NCBI RefSeq assembly: GCF_022539665.2
Contig: NC_081333.1
Span: 7,254,001 to 7,318,000 of the forward strand
Direction of reading: 5' to 3'
Source of the DNA: Daphnia carinata
Taxonomy: Eukaryota
DNA length: 64,000 nt
Of this stretch, positions 27,390 to 41,554 are shown one piece after another. A program made the translations under genes and the position numbers. Under the pieces are notes generated by a model. The model did no database searches. It was given only the letters and a program-made list of their open reading frames with translations, and was not told the DNA's origin. Each line of letters opens with the position of its first letter. Positions within the stretch are counted from its first letter, which is position 1.

Positions 27390-30300
27390 TCAAATTCTTG
27401 TTTTGTTGAAGGAATGGAAAAGTTAAGAACCAGACTCGAGGGTAATAGAATTGGCAATATCGAATTTAAATGGCTTAAGAGAAAGGCGAATGTAGTTTAG
27501 ACGAACGAGTGTTGTATGACCTTCAAAGATCTTGTCCATGTGGCAACGTGGACACACATCCGTTGCAGGCATACACACACACGTACGAAATAAAAAGAAA
27601 ATAAGTTTGTGTTTATTACTATTATTGTTACTTATAGCACATTTGGTCATTTATTTATGTCTTTTCTTTCATTTTCAAGACCGCCCTCTTTTGTGTTTTA
27701 GTTGTGTGTCTGACCCATTTCGTTATGTGGAGAGGCTCCTGAGGCGAAATGGACTCAACTGAGGGGCGTTAAGAATTAAAGAAGAAGAAAGAAAGAAAAG
27801 AAAAAAAAAGTATAGTAGTGTATGTAGTGTGGTTGGGGTTTTGGGTTGGCAAGGTCGAATAGAGGTCAAAAATATCCACCCCCATCAATCTAACGGGTTT
27901 TGTAGTTCCAGCTAAAAATCCCGATGGCCTCAAACGACAATCATTTGGGAGCCCTTTGTATGTGCAAAAAGGGTCATAGACGGAAACACACACACACAGA
28001 GACTACCTTGTATGGAATTGTGTGTGTGTGTGTCTGTTGAGTATGCTGTGTGTATATCTCGTGTCGTCGTGACTGGCCCGCAGGGCCTCTCTTTTTTTTT
28101 CTCTTTTATGTCTTTTTTTTTCTATTTTATTTTATGTTTCTTTCTTTCTCTGCGCCATCTTGGCCATCACTATTCCCTTGTTTTTGTCAGCCGTTTCGTG
28201 TTCAGCCGAATGGTGGGAAGAGGCAAGAGAACGGATGAAAAGTGTGTGAAGGGAAACTATCTTCCCTAAAATGGGAGAAGGGCGATCAATAATGCAAGAC
28301 GGGTGTAGGGTGGCATGACGGGAGAGAGAGAGAGAGAGAGAATCCAAAATTTTCTTCTTCTTCTTTTTATTTTTTTGCTGGAACAATAGATCTCTTCTGC
28401 CCTCGAGTCAGCATTTTCTTCTTTCATCCATCGTTCCGGTTTTCCCGTCTTTCTTGTTTCTCATTTCTTGTTTTCTTCTTTTGCCAAGCTTACAACTTGT
28501 TGTTTCTCTCGTCCGCCGCCATTATTGATTACATGGGAGGAAAAAAAGGAAAGAAGATTCTTTCAGGCTATTCTGGGTGGATGATTCTTATCTGATTGTG
28601 TATATACTCGGTATCTTACCCTCTCTTGGCTCGGAAGGTCATCAGCCAAAAAGCATTCCGCCAAATCGTTGCCGATTCGACGACGTCTTACTCGCTCCCG
28701 TTGCCAAGAGAGGCCAATCCGAGCGCCCTCTAGCTCAATTTTAACAGGAAAGAAAAAAAAGGACAAGCCAGGTGTCTTTTCATTCCTTCGCAAACGACAC
28801 ACAACGTTTTCTTCCCCCCAGTTTTTGGGTTGTTGGCTAGACATATCGAATTAGAGTGGTTGACCCGGATTTAAACAAAAAAAAATTGATGTCTCCCTCA
28901 GCTTTATGTTTTAACGTTGTTGCTTCTTTTGCTTCACGGTCTGGGTCGTAGATGTTTACTTTTAAGTTATTGTGTTGACTTTTCATCCAACCTGGTGTAG
29001 GTATCAGGCGGCTATTTCCGTGCTCCAGCTCTCTTGCTAAACATCTTCACTCTTTTTTAAGCTTTTGCCGGAGCTCTCTCCATTTTTCTCTCCAAAGAGT
29101 GAGCGAGCGCGTGTAAAAATCTATGTCGGGAACTTTTTTTTTTTTTTTTCTTCCTTTTCTCTCGCCTTTTTTTTTATGAGATAGTTGTGTTGTTTGTGGC
29201 GTGTGGATCATTGGCCTGGTCTTGAACATTTGGCTTAGAAAGATGAAGAGAAAGCGTCACTTGAAGGTTATTGGCCTGTAAAGAGGGCGTCCTTTTCTTT
29301 CTTGTGTTTCTTTAAAATAAAAAACACGAAGGATTGGATGTTGTTTTTATTAGACCGTAGAATTACATTTGCGTGTCGTGAATTTTTGTTGACAGATTTT
29401 CTTTTATTCGAAATTGGGAAACATTCAGGCAAGGTGATCCGGAGCAGCCCGTCCAAGGTCAACAACAGTTGCAGCAGCAGCAACAGCAGTAGTAACAGAG
29501 AACGGAAACGCAAGGCGAACTGCGCCGTGGAATCGGACGACGAAGCTGTCGTAGGCGGTTCGTCGGTCAAGTCGAAACCGGAAGCGTCGCACGAGGAGAA
29601 GGCTGTCGCCACGCGTCCAGTGTCGAATAGTTGTGAAACTGTTGGATTACCCTCCGTCAAGACGTCGTCGTCGGTGGAGATCATCCCCGTCGTCAGTGCA
29701 GCAGCGACGGTCGCATCGAGATCGTCTGAAACGACGACGAGCAGCAGCAGCAGTAGTGCCGTTTGTAGTGAAGCGTCGTCGTCCGTCAGCGCCAGCGTGG
29801 CGACTTCGGCGCCACCATCCGTTGTGTCCGTCACGGAGAGTGACAGGGGAGGGCGGCTCCGCGACAAGAACAATCTCAGCAAAGACGCTGTCGTGTCTTA
29901 TCCGGGCGGATTAGCCGGCGGTGGTAGTGGTGGTGTTGGTGGCAGTGGCGGAGGCGGACTCGTGATATTTCCTGTACCGCCGCGGACAGGAGCGCCGGGA
30001 GCCACAATTCCTCCGCCTATCCAGCAGCAGCATGACAGGCCTTACAGTTCAGTAATCTCGGCTGCTTCCAATAGCACGACCGCTGCTGCTGCTGCGGCAG
30101 CAGCTGCCGCCGCCGCTGCCGCCGCCGTCCATTCGCCGGCATCCGCCATGGAGCGCGAACGGGAGCGGTTCGAGGAGGAGCAACGGGAGCAACGCGACCG
30201 AGAAAGCGGTGTCAGTAATCTCAGTCGTGGCGGTGGCGGCGGTCCAGCGGGCGGCGCTCAGAAGAGATCGCCAGCGTCGTCGCCGTCGTCAGCTGCCGCC

Positions 30301-33300
30301 AGATCGACGGCGGCCGTCAAGAGAGCCCCGGAGCCAACGTATTCGCAAGCTTCTTCAGGCGGGGCAGGAGGAGGAGGAGGTAGTGTTGCACCACCTGGAA
30401 CCATGTACGGGCACTACCTGCCAACTGGTTTAACTCACTCGGGTTCTCTGCCGTTTGGCTTGTCGCCAAACATGGCCAACTTCTCGCAACATCATTCTGT
30501 GGCCGCCGCCGAAATCTATTGGAAGATGCATCACAACCTCATCAACAATCATGCTCAGGTGGCGGCTGCTGGACAGCCATCTCATGAGGAATTGTATATG
30601 GCTCACGAACGAGAACGCGAGAGGTTGGAACGCGTGGCCAGGTGAGACATCTCGATGCACTGGATATTACGTAACTTCATTGTTGTTGTTGATTCTGATA
30701 ACGATACGATATCGGGGGCTAGTAGTACGTGCATATCATATTGTGTCGTAGCAAGAGATAAGCGCACAGAGTGATAAGATGAAGCGAGTGATAATTAGTC
30801 GTTGATAATAATTACTCGTTGTGTTTTCTCGTAGGGAGCGTGAAAGGGAGCGCAGAGAATTGGAGGCCAAGGAGCAACAACAACAACGCGAAAGGGAACG
30901 CGAACGCGAGAGAATGGATAAGGAGCGTATGGAACGCGAGCGCCATAAACAAGCTGTCGATCAACATTTCGAAGAGTCCTTGATGCGTTATCATCGACAA
31001 TTCAATGAGCTGAAAACGGGAGCGGGACCGGGGGGAGGGGGCGTTCCACCGTCGGCACCGTGGAATCCCCCGACTATGCCTGTCAAGAGTCAGGTGCCGC
31101 AGCAGCAGCAACAACAACATCAATTAGTGATCACGATGAGTGGCGGCGGTGGAGGAGGAGGAGGCAACAGTCAAGCCCCACCCAGTCATATCAACAGTCA
31201 GGAGCGCGACAAAGACAAGGACAATCGGGATCGATACATGGCTGCCTACAATCAAGCCATCGATCGAGATCGTGAGCACCGTGAACGAATTGCTCGCAGC
31301 GGCCAGCAACAGAGTGGTTCTAGTGGTGGCGGGCCGCCTTCCAGTAATCCTTACCCTGCACTCCCTCGGGCTGATTTGAGTTTCTCTGTTCAGGGATACC
31401 AAACGGCCCCTAGTCCGTCGAATAATCAGATTCAGCATCATCATCATCAGCAACAACAGCAGCAGCAGCAATCCCTGCCCCGAAAGTCAGAACAACAGCA
31501 ACATCATCTCTCGGCAGCTGATTATTCCAAAGCTGCCAGTGGTGTTGGAGGTGGGGGCGTCATTGTTGGCCCGAGTGAACGAATCGAACGTGATACCATG
31601 CGCCCTGACCATCGTGAACAGATGCAAAGGTCATTCGAATTGCAACAGCAACAACAACAACAGCAGCAGCGTTTAGATTCTCGCGATCAGCAGCGCCAAC
31701 CCACTTTGTCGTACAAACCTTACGAACAGACGCCGCGTTTGGTAACCGGAGGAAGCAACAACAGTAGCAACAACAGCGGAAACAATAGCAGCAATCCCAA
31801 CAACCGTACAAGTCGAAGTCCCCACCCGCAGATGACGCCTCCAACTTCCGCTGCTTCCGGCTATCCCATCCATTATGCTGGGCCCGGTCCTGGCCCTGGC
31901 CTGTCGCAGCACTCGTACAGTCCTAATCCCACGAGCGGCGGTCGTAGCGGTCCATCCAATAGCTACATGCCTCCGCCATCGGTGTCTCCTTCTCGGTCTC
32001 CCGCAGCGGTGGCAGCAGCATCGGCCGCGCACGTTCCCGCTTATCCAGCCATGAGGTACAGCCCAGCTCCTCAAACGGCACCTGCACCTTGCACTTCGCC
32101 GTCTGCCAATCAGAAGAAGACGAGCCCTTCGCCCCTTCAACAGCAGCAGAACGTGGGACCTGCCACTACGACCCTGTACGGCCGACCTGGGCTCGCCGGC
32201 GTTCAGGTGGTCGGTTCGGCCGGAATTGCGAGTGGAACACCGGTCCAGTGCAGATCGGATCAGACGATTCCGCTCTCTTTGATAACGCCGAGCAAATCGA
32301 ATCAGGTGGAATCGGCACCTCCGCCAGCTCATACGGCCCGTAACGTCGATCGAGATCGCGAGCGTGAGATGCGAGAACGCGAACGGGATGTGAGGATATA
32401 CCCGCACAACGCATTCTCGCCATTGTCTCATCAACTTCCACCGCCCCAGCCTCTTCTGAACAGTGCTGCGAGCAACAGGGGCGCTCCGATTGCTGGACCA
32501 CCGATGCCTCAACAGCAGCCACTCGACTTGGGAACATACAGAGAAGATTCTCCCATTCCGCTCATTTCATCCGCCCGCCTGTCGACTGGCGAAGCGCAAG
32601 TAAAGAAAACGCGGCCGGAACCACAGCAACAACAACAACATCACCACCATCAGCAACAGCAGCAACAACAACAGCCACCGCCTCCTACGCCACAAATTCC
32701 CATGCCTGCTTATCCCAGCCTTGGGCCAGTTGGTTTCCCTGGAGCGCCGTTGATGAGTGTGGCTGCTTTAATTGATGCTGGGTATACCAACGTGACTGGT
32801 AGCACTGGTCAAGGGAAACCACCTAGCAATGCAGCCAGTACCTTCTCAATGGGTTTGGCTCCTCCACGCCATCTGTCGGATACTCCTCCTCTTTTGGTGT
32901 CTTCCGTACCTGTAGTTTCTAATCCGATCGATCGTCCGGCCGAAGTTTCAAATCGCCCAATGATCATCAAGAATGAACCCGGCGTCGAGACGGCTTCAAC
33001 GTCTTGTCCGCCACTTGTTGAACAAGATCGAGTTACTTCGGTAAGCCGGTCACCTCCCGTTGTTCCGGCTCCTGTCGTCAAACAGGAAGAAGTCAAAGTC
33101 AAACAAGAGCCGATTCCGGTGACACAGTCTAATAACACGACATGGAGTAATCCGGCAAGTAGTAGCAGCAGTAATAGTAGTAGTAGTAGTAGTGGTAGTA
33201 CCACTGTGTCCAATAACAGCAACAGCGCAAAACCAGCAGTGCACAAGTTAAAGAAGGCTTGGATTCAACGACACACTGGTACGTTTGATTTGGCTTCAAA

Positions 33301-36300
33301 GTTGATTTTAAAAAAAGAAATTTAACTATTTACGTCCTTTTGTTTGTAGGTGGAGATGAAGTTGTTGTGAAACCGTCTTTCAATAGTGTCGATGTAAAAC
33401 CGGAGCCACTCGATCGGAGTAGCCCGGGACCGCTCAAAATGGCTAGGAAAGCAACGACTTCCGTCAAGACAGAGATCAACGGTTACGGTTCACCACAAAA
33501 CGCAACAGATGAGAGCGAGTCGACCGGATTGAGAGGGGGGTCTGTGGGAGGCAAGCGGAAGCCTCGAGCAACCGCTGCAGCCAATAAGGATCGTGATAAG
33601 CGAAGCAAAACTGTTGCGGCAGCGGTTACGTCTGCCGCCGTGTCTGCGACTCCAGCCTCGTCGACTGGGGGCAGCAGTTCAGAAGCCGAGGCATCGGAAT
33701 CGGAAAACGATGTCAACAACGGAGGTGGGCGCACGAAAAAAGGCGGAGCCGTAGCGGCACTCAAAGAGAGCGGCGGTGGCAAGGGCGCTGGCCGCGGCTC
33801 CGTGGCTGGTCGTCAGAGGAACAGTGACAGTAGTAGCAGCAGCAAGGAGGGCCAACCGGTACGCAAAGGACGAGCGGGGGGAGGGGTTTCTTCGGGCGCC
33901 GCCGCGCCAGGAAATTCGTCTCCGTCTGGGCCTAATGCCAAATCAGGGTCAGGCAACCCGTTCAACAAACCTCCAGTGCCGGTGCTGAAGAAGAGCGGTG
34001 AAAGTTTTCTTCAGGTGAAAATCACGACACTCATATCCATCTGGCTGTGATTGCGTTTTTCTGTGGTGATTGTTATTAACGGTTTTTCTTTTTTTGTTTG
34101 TTTATTTTTGTCGATAGGATGCCCCGTGCTGGGAGGTCGCGCCTCGCTTGGCCAAGTGCCGCGAATGCCGGCTCACCCCCCACCAGCGCAAGAGGAACGA
34201 GCAGCAGAGCAACGCCAACATCTTCTGTCGCTTTTACGCTTTCCGTCGACTCCGCTACACAAAGACTGGCCAGTTGGCGATTGCTGGATTCTCGGATCCT
34301 TTAAAGTATGTTTATTTTATTTTTTTTTTATCGTGTCTTTATGTTCATGTTTGAATTTTCTCTATAAACCCATGCCCGGCCTTTTTTCCTTTAGGGATGC
34401 GTCAGAAGACGATTTACGGTTATGGTTGCCTCAACCGGATAAGTCTGTGCAAGAGTTGGACGTCGACATGTCGTTGTTTCTTCTTACTCACGTTGGTGAT
34501 CAGTTTTGCTGGATGGTTCAAACGGAGAAAGAAGCCAAGGCCGAGGCTTTGGCAGCTGAAACGGAGGATGGCGACACGATTCAACAGCAAATCGCTTGGA
34601 AACGAGTTGTGCAGGGAGTGCGCGAAATGTGTGACGTGTGCGAAACTACCCTTTTCAATTTTCACTGGGCGTGCGGCAAGTGTGGCTACGTGGTGTGCAT
34701 CGATTGCTACAAGACGAGAAAAGCTGCCAAATCACCCACCAATGGAAATGGAAGTGGCAGCAAAGATGACGAAAAAGAGGTACCTATTGTTTTCCCGTTT
34801 GTACGTGGACCTGTTCAACATCGCTTGTCCATCTACCAGGAAAAGGATAAAGAACGTGATCTTCACGGTTGGTTGTACTGCACCAGCCGTTCGGGGCATG
34901 ACCCTGATAAGTTAATGCCGACCCAAATTATTGCTGGCAAGGCTCTGGAGTGTATGGAGCGATTAGTGCATTCCTACCGGAAGCAGTGGAACATAGCTGA
35001 ATTCTGTGATTGTCCCGAAGGCAACAAATCTGTCGAAGTTAACGCTGTCGAGTCCAATGGTTCGGTCAACCCGGGACCGAATGGCGTCTGCAAGGTTGGT
35101 TGTTTTCCATCAGACATTTCTTTCTGCTTTGACGCACATTGATTCCTTCGGTTTTATAATGATTTTTGCTGTTGAATTTTAGAATACGAATGCTGGATCT
35201 TCTAAAACGGATGGATTATCAAATGGTGACGCTGAAGGGAAAAGTGCCGATTCAGAATCTGTGAAACCCGTCAATGGAAACCCGTCGCAGCCCGGTGGCG
35301 ATTCCAAAAATGGGGGCAACCAAATCGGTTCGTCGCTCTTGAACGTCTTGGCTGACGTGGCTTTGAATAAGGAAAAGAAATCGGGCAAATCAAAGAACGG
35401 TTACGGTCTTGCAGCTAAGGGCGAAACTCCAGATGGATCGGCTACCGTGATTGGTTACGATGGCGAATCGGATATGCCCAGCGACGAAGAAGAAGGCGGT
35501 GAACACTTCTCTACTCTTAGAGAATTGCTTATCCGCCCGGCTCCCAAGACCAGCTCGGGAAAGAATTCTGAACAAAACGCACCACCTGTACCGAAACGAC
35601 AACGGATGGAAACCCTTGAGGACGTCATTTCGTGCGTCATTGAAAGGGGAGTCGATCGCGAGCCCAGTCCCGAGGCTTCTGCTTCTGTCACGACGCCTGC
35701 TGCCACGGCTGCCACTAATCCGTCTACTGCCACCGCAAACACTGCTACGAGCAAAGATACAAACGGGGAGCCTGAAGAAGTTGCTGTCGATGTTGAACTA
35801 GTGCATTTCAAGCGTCGTGGAGACGCGTTTAAAACGGTGTTGAGTCGCGGAATGCTTCCTCCGCGCATCATGGTTCTTTCAGAGTCGTTGAAGGCTTACC
35901 CGGATATCCCACATTCTTGGCTTTGCAACGGCAAGTTGCTCAGATTGGAAGACCCAGTAAACCCAAACAATTACAAGCTCTTTCAGGTAACACATTTTCA
36001 AAATGCTTCCCCAACAGGTGAGACTCTAATCTTATTATTTCTGAATGCCAATGCAACAGGATTCGTGGAAACGAGGTCAGCCAGTTATGGTCTCCGGAGT
36101 GACCCAACTAATGGATCAGGCCATCTGGCATCCGGACTCATTTCTCAAAGATTTCGGCGACGTCAAAAATGACCTTGTCAACTGTTTGACCGGAAACACA
36201 GTCCCAAACCAACCCATGAAGAAATTCTGGGAAGGTTTTGAGCGTCTGACAAAAAGACTTAAAGATGATAAGGGCCAGCCGATGTTACTTAAATTAAAGG

Positions 36301-37490
36301 TATGTCACCGAAATTTTTTATGTTTGTTTTTCTTTTTCACTTTATTTGGTGGGTGTATTTTTATCTCATTCTCAACATGATATTCGTAGGACTGGCCACC
36401 CGGTGACGATTTCGCCGAGTTGCTGCCAAGTCGTTTCAGCGACCTGATGAAGGCTCTTCCACTGGCTGAGTACACGCACCGCAACGGTCGTTTGAACTTG
36501 GCTGGTCGATTGCCCGAGTGTTTCGTGCGACCGGATCTCGGCCCCAAGATGTACAATGCGTACGGTTCGGCGTTGCTATGTAGCAAGGGAACTACCAATC
36601 TCCACCTTGATGTCTCGGACGCAGCCAACGTCATGGTCTACGTAGGGTTGCCTAAAGAAGCGAACAGTGAAGAGCACATTAAAGGTAACACTTGTGATAT
36701 CTTCTTGCCTTTTTTGTTTACATTTCATTTCACCGCCTTTTTTTTTTGTCTGTTGTGTTTTTACAGAGGCTTTTAAGGCGGTTGAAGAGTCTGGATGCGA
36801 TTTCCTTACGCGAAAGAGGATCGAATCTGGAGGCGAAATACCTGGTGCGCTATGGCACATCTACCAAGCTAGAGATGCCGACCGCATTCGCGATTTTTTA
36901 AATAAGGTATTGTTGTCTTCAAAAGCAGTAAATTTTTAATTTGTGTCGCGGTTTCGGTATATCACGTATTCTTTTGGTTAGGTTGCACTTGAACGAGGAG
37001 AGCGTCTAGAGCCGCATCATGACCCTATTCACGACCAAAGCTGGTATCTCGACGGGGAACTTAGAAAGCGATTATATACGGACTATGGAGTCGCTGGCTA
37101 TGCCATCCTTCAATGTTTGGGCGATGTTGTTTTCATTCCCGCCGGAGCGCCCCATCAGGTAGATAAATTAATCATGTCTGGTTGAAGAGAAAAAGGGTTT
37201 AAATACCGTCTCTCAATTTATTTTAGGTGAGAAACCTTCATAGCTGCATCAAAGTTGCCGAGGATTTCGTCTCACCCGAGACGGTGGCTCACTGCTTCCA
37301 GTTGACTCAAGAGTTCCGTCACCTTTCGGATTCACACACCAATCACGAGGACAAGCTGCAAATCAAAAACATCATCTATCACGCTATGAAGGACTCTATT
37401 GCAGCCCTCGCTCACGCAAAGAACATAACCTTCGCTGAGCTGTTGAAAGTTTATGAATCTTTTGCCGACGGCAACGATTCGACTCGTTAG
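21137..37490 (+). CDS. Kdm3: JmjC H3K9 demethylase of the KDM3/JMJD1 family (JMJD1C-like N-terminus, long low-complexity middle, C6 zinc finger, JmjC domain)
   Basis: N-terminus IVGKRFLCV...[67 protein letters not shown]...[55 protein letters not shown] (LxxLL); [90 protein letters not shown]; stop TAG 37488-37490. Confidence 0.95.
26290..26467 (+). promoter_or_regulatory. Candidate internal promoter in the largest KDM3 intron (CRE + CCAAT + initiator repeats + YY1/Pho motif)
   Basis: TGACGTCA at 26290-26297, ATTGG at 26320-26324, TTCAGTTCAGTTCAGTC at 26436-26452 (arthropod Inr TCAGT), CAAGATGGCGG at 26458-26467. Confidence 0.55.
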
Positions 37491-38219
37491 TCCCAAACTG
37501 TCATCGTGCCCAAATTTCAATGTCATTGATTTGAAAAAGAAGGAATGGCGAGAATTGTTAAATTTGACAACCGTTTAAGTGAGGCTAACTATCGGAACAG
37601 TTCACAACAACGGGATATGGGCTGCACATTGTGCAATCTTGTTACGTTGAAGGTATGTGTGCCTTGGGAGAATGAAATAGAATAGCATTGATCTCAAGTT
37701 CAGTGGGACGTGTTTCTCTATCTTATGATTTTGATTTTCCTCTTTTTTTCTTTTCCGACTTTTTCTCTTTTTAGTGTGTGTAATCCAGCAACATGGAAAA
37801 ATCGTTTCCCGTCCTGTTCTTTTGTCCAATTCGATCCCACCAAATTCAACGTGGCAGTTGTAAATACTGTAGATATTTATACATAATTGGTCTCGAAGTG
37901 GACAGTTTTGATCGTGTCTTGGTCTGTGTTCTATATGAACTTGTGTTTTTCGACCTTTCTATTGTTTTAGACGGATGTGTCATTCATGTTTGTAAAACCC
38001 GTGCGGATGGATCAGGCTTGTTGGTTTTGTAAGTACAATACAATATCGCTTAAGAACATGGAAGATCATGGTGTGGCCTCATTATTGACAAACTTTATCC
38101 ATAATCAGTATTTTCGTAAGATAAGTTCGATTGCTCTTGATGTTTTGACAATCATATATCTCAGTTTCCATTTCCCGACTTGGCAACGCTGAGAGATAAC
38201 CATATGTTGTTGTTGTGAA

Positions 38220-39056
<837 letters not shown>

Positions 39057-40011
39057 AATGCAAGTAGTGCATTACATTGTTACGTGTTGCAAAACAAACG
39101 TTACGCTTGTGGCGTGAGAATTCATAGCATCTCACATCGGTATAGTCGATGATTTTGTGTTGTGGTTGATTTGGGTTAAAATATAAACACCGCTTCCAGT
39201 TTCTCAGGTTGCAATAACTCTAGGTAGAACAAACGCCCTTTCATCTATGAAGACAATCTCTTCGCCGTTCATGATATTGCCGCGTTCAACGAATGTTGTC
39301 ATGTAGCTGAGGCAAAGAAATAAGTTTAAACCTTATTTGTTCTGTCTAATTAGGGACATCAAAGTAATGGTTACTACACTAAAAATTTGCTGTATGTTTT
39401 TATTGTCAATAGATCGCAGATTTCTTAGGAATTTGCTTGAACACTGTGATCTTTTTAAAATAAAGATAGCCACCATGATAAGCACATTTTTATTTCAATA
39501 ACCATACTATTTCTCATTTGATTTCAAATGCCTTAGGTTCTATGGGAAGAATTCTTGTGTTGTGAGGTGAAGTTGAACCCACATCTGTCACAGAAAGCTG
39601 ACCCTAACATCAAACTTATTCGCAGCCCGCAAATCATAAGTAAGTTGATATATTTATCAAAAGCTGTAACTGGGATTGTAATATGATGTATAACTTTTTA
39701 CAGGCTAACTACCATTATGTGGCCATTCTGTTTACAATTGGGAAATGCTGGAATGAATTGCAAGCTAAATGAAAGATGAATTGGCTGTTAACTGATTGTA
39801 TTGGTTAACTATGTGGCAGCCGCGTATGTAGTCGTAATATCCTACATGCGAAGTAATCATTCCTTCTTCAACATTTCCTTCTTTAATGAACGGAATAATG
39901 CGCGAAAACTAATTTACAGGGTTTTCTAGGAACAAACGTTTCCATTTTCCCATCCAAATTGCATTACTAACTTTATTTTTTGTCTTATTCGGGTATAACC
40001 GAAAAACGATC

Positions 40012-40900
40012 TGGCAACGTCCTCGTGACACCCTATCCTCATTAAGGGTTCCGCCGCCATTGTTAAAGTAGCATTTGTCACGTACAGTAGTCTGATATAG
40101 TGTCTGGATTTTTACTACTTAGATCTGCTTGTTTTATTTCAATTTTGCCATTCTAATCCGATTCTCTTGCCTAAAAGAAATTAAATTTTTTTTTGCTTTT
40201 TAAAACCTCTACATTCTTGTACATTTCTTTGATCATAGAAGACATTTTGCAATGCGTGATCATCATCTCGGTCTCGGTTGGAACTCTAGACACCCGATAT
40301 TTAATAGCGTTTTTTATACTTAAATGTTTTAACCGATTTCACGAATCTTACCAGTCCTCTTTTGCCACTGGGTGAAGCCTAAATTTTGAATACTGCCATC
40401 TCTGGTTTTGTAATAAGAGTGGAAAAACTTCATGGATTGGTAAGATTGAAAAGAAAGTGAATTTTGTAACTTGCCTTGTCTCTTCCAATTTAGAGCCAAA
40501 ATTTGGTGTTCCCAGTTCGTCATTGGAATTTTGGAGTGTCCAATGATGTCACAGGTATTTCTCACTTATTCAGTCTTCGATCTCGTTTGGTATTTCCCAA
40601 GACACTTCGAGTATTGAACCGAAGTCCACAGAGTATTTTGTCTATCGTAGTTCAGCAATAAGTTTGTATTTGCTGAGAGCTAACTCTTTGTTAGACTACC
40701 TGCAACAACCTGAAAGGTATAGACATTTTTCCTTAATGATTGTTTTAAGTCTAGTAAATTGATTTGTTATTTTACGTTGATATGCGACTTAGTTTTCTTG
40801 TCTTGGTGGTGAAGGTACTAAATATGAGATTAAAAGATTTTTTCAAGGCACATTGCATTGCACATGCAAGGTAACAATTGTGGATTGGCTAAACATAAAC
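40012..40900 (+). ncRNA. Possible spliced non-coding transcript (no credible ORF)
   Basis: Promoter-like TGGCAAC (40012) and CCGCCATT (about 40054), followed by several AG...GT exon-like blocks (e.g. about 40494-40554 ending CAG|GTATTT; about 40848-40870 flanked by TTTCAAG and AAG|GTAACA). No transcript evidence available. Confidence 0.25.
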
Positions 40901-41198
40901 GGGTTTGTGCAACTGGATTGACGTCGAGAAAACTACATGTTATGGTACTCAGAAAATTTTAGCTGGGAATGCATACGAAATGTTTTTGCTTGTCGCCATA
41001 TAATATTGGAAATTGGTATCATCTATAAGGTTTATTCTTTGTCGAAATAATTTAAATGTGTATATATATGTTATAAATAAATAAATGAAGCTATGAATTG
41101 GAATTGTTTTGTATTGTCCCTCCTCCTCCCACAATTCCACCTCTGTTTTACATAACACATACAAAGTTACAATACATACATAAATACATACACACACA

Positions 41199-41554
41199 GT
41201 TAGTGAACCCATTGGCTGCCACGCCATACAGCCCGTAGGCTGTTTTCCTACATTCTACGAATCGTTGTCTGATGGATCCACGACCAAATGGGACTTGTCC
41301 GGAAAGACAAGTCCGGGCTGACACGGCGATAGATACCATTAGGGGGATGCACACCCCAGGAATCTATCACCGCATCGACTAAGGGAAGTCCCTATCGGTG
41401 CATCGCCTAAGGCGCCATTACGGCGAATCTTGGGCAGTTGCGACTACCCCACCCCATGGCATATAGACCATGAGGCAGAGTAGCGCGGCCCGTCCCTAAC
41501 GAGCTAAAAAAAAAAAGGGGAGAAAAATGGGTGGCAGCCAATGGGTTAACTAAC
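41199..41554. mobile_element. Non-autonomous TIR element (MITE), piggyBac-like ends, with highly structured non-coding interior
   Basis: Inverted repeats GTTAGTGAACCCATTGGCTGCCAC (41199-41222) and GTGGCAGCCAATGGGTTAACTAAC (41531-41554) match at 23/24. The inner 15 bp are perfect CCC...GGG ends flanked by TGAA/TTAA (the piggyBac TSD is TTAA). Alternatively, ACACA flanks both outer ends. No transposase ORF. Confidence 0.8.

Noticed and set aside
29268..35871. Long antisense ORFs (e.g. 29268-29882, 31673-32512, 32809-33246, 35455-35871) and 50045-50557
   Set aside because: Shadows of GC-rich low-complexity exons of KDM3 or CPEB on the opposite strand.
41380..41395. GGGAAGTCCC resembling RNase MRP/P CR-I within the MITE
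   Set aside because: No matching CR-V to form P4, and it lies on the strand disfavoured by most wobble pairs.
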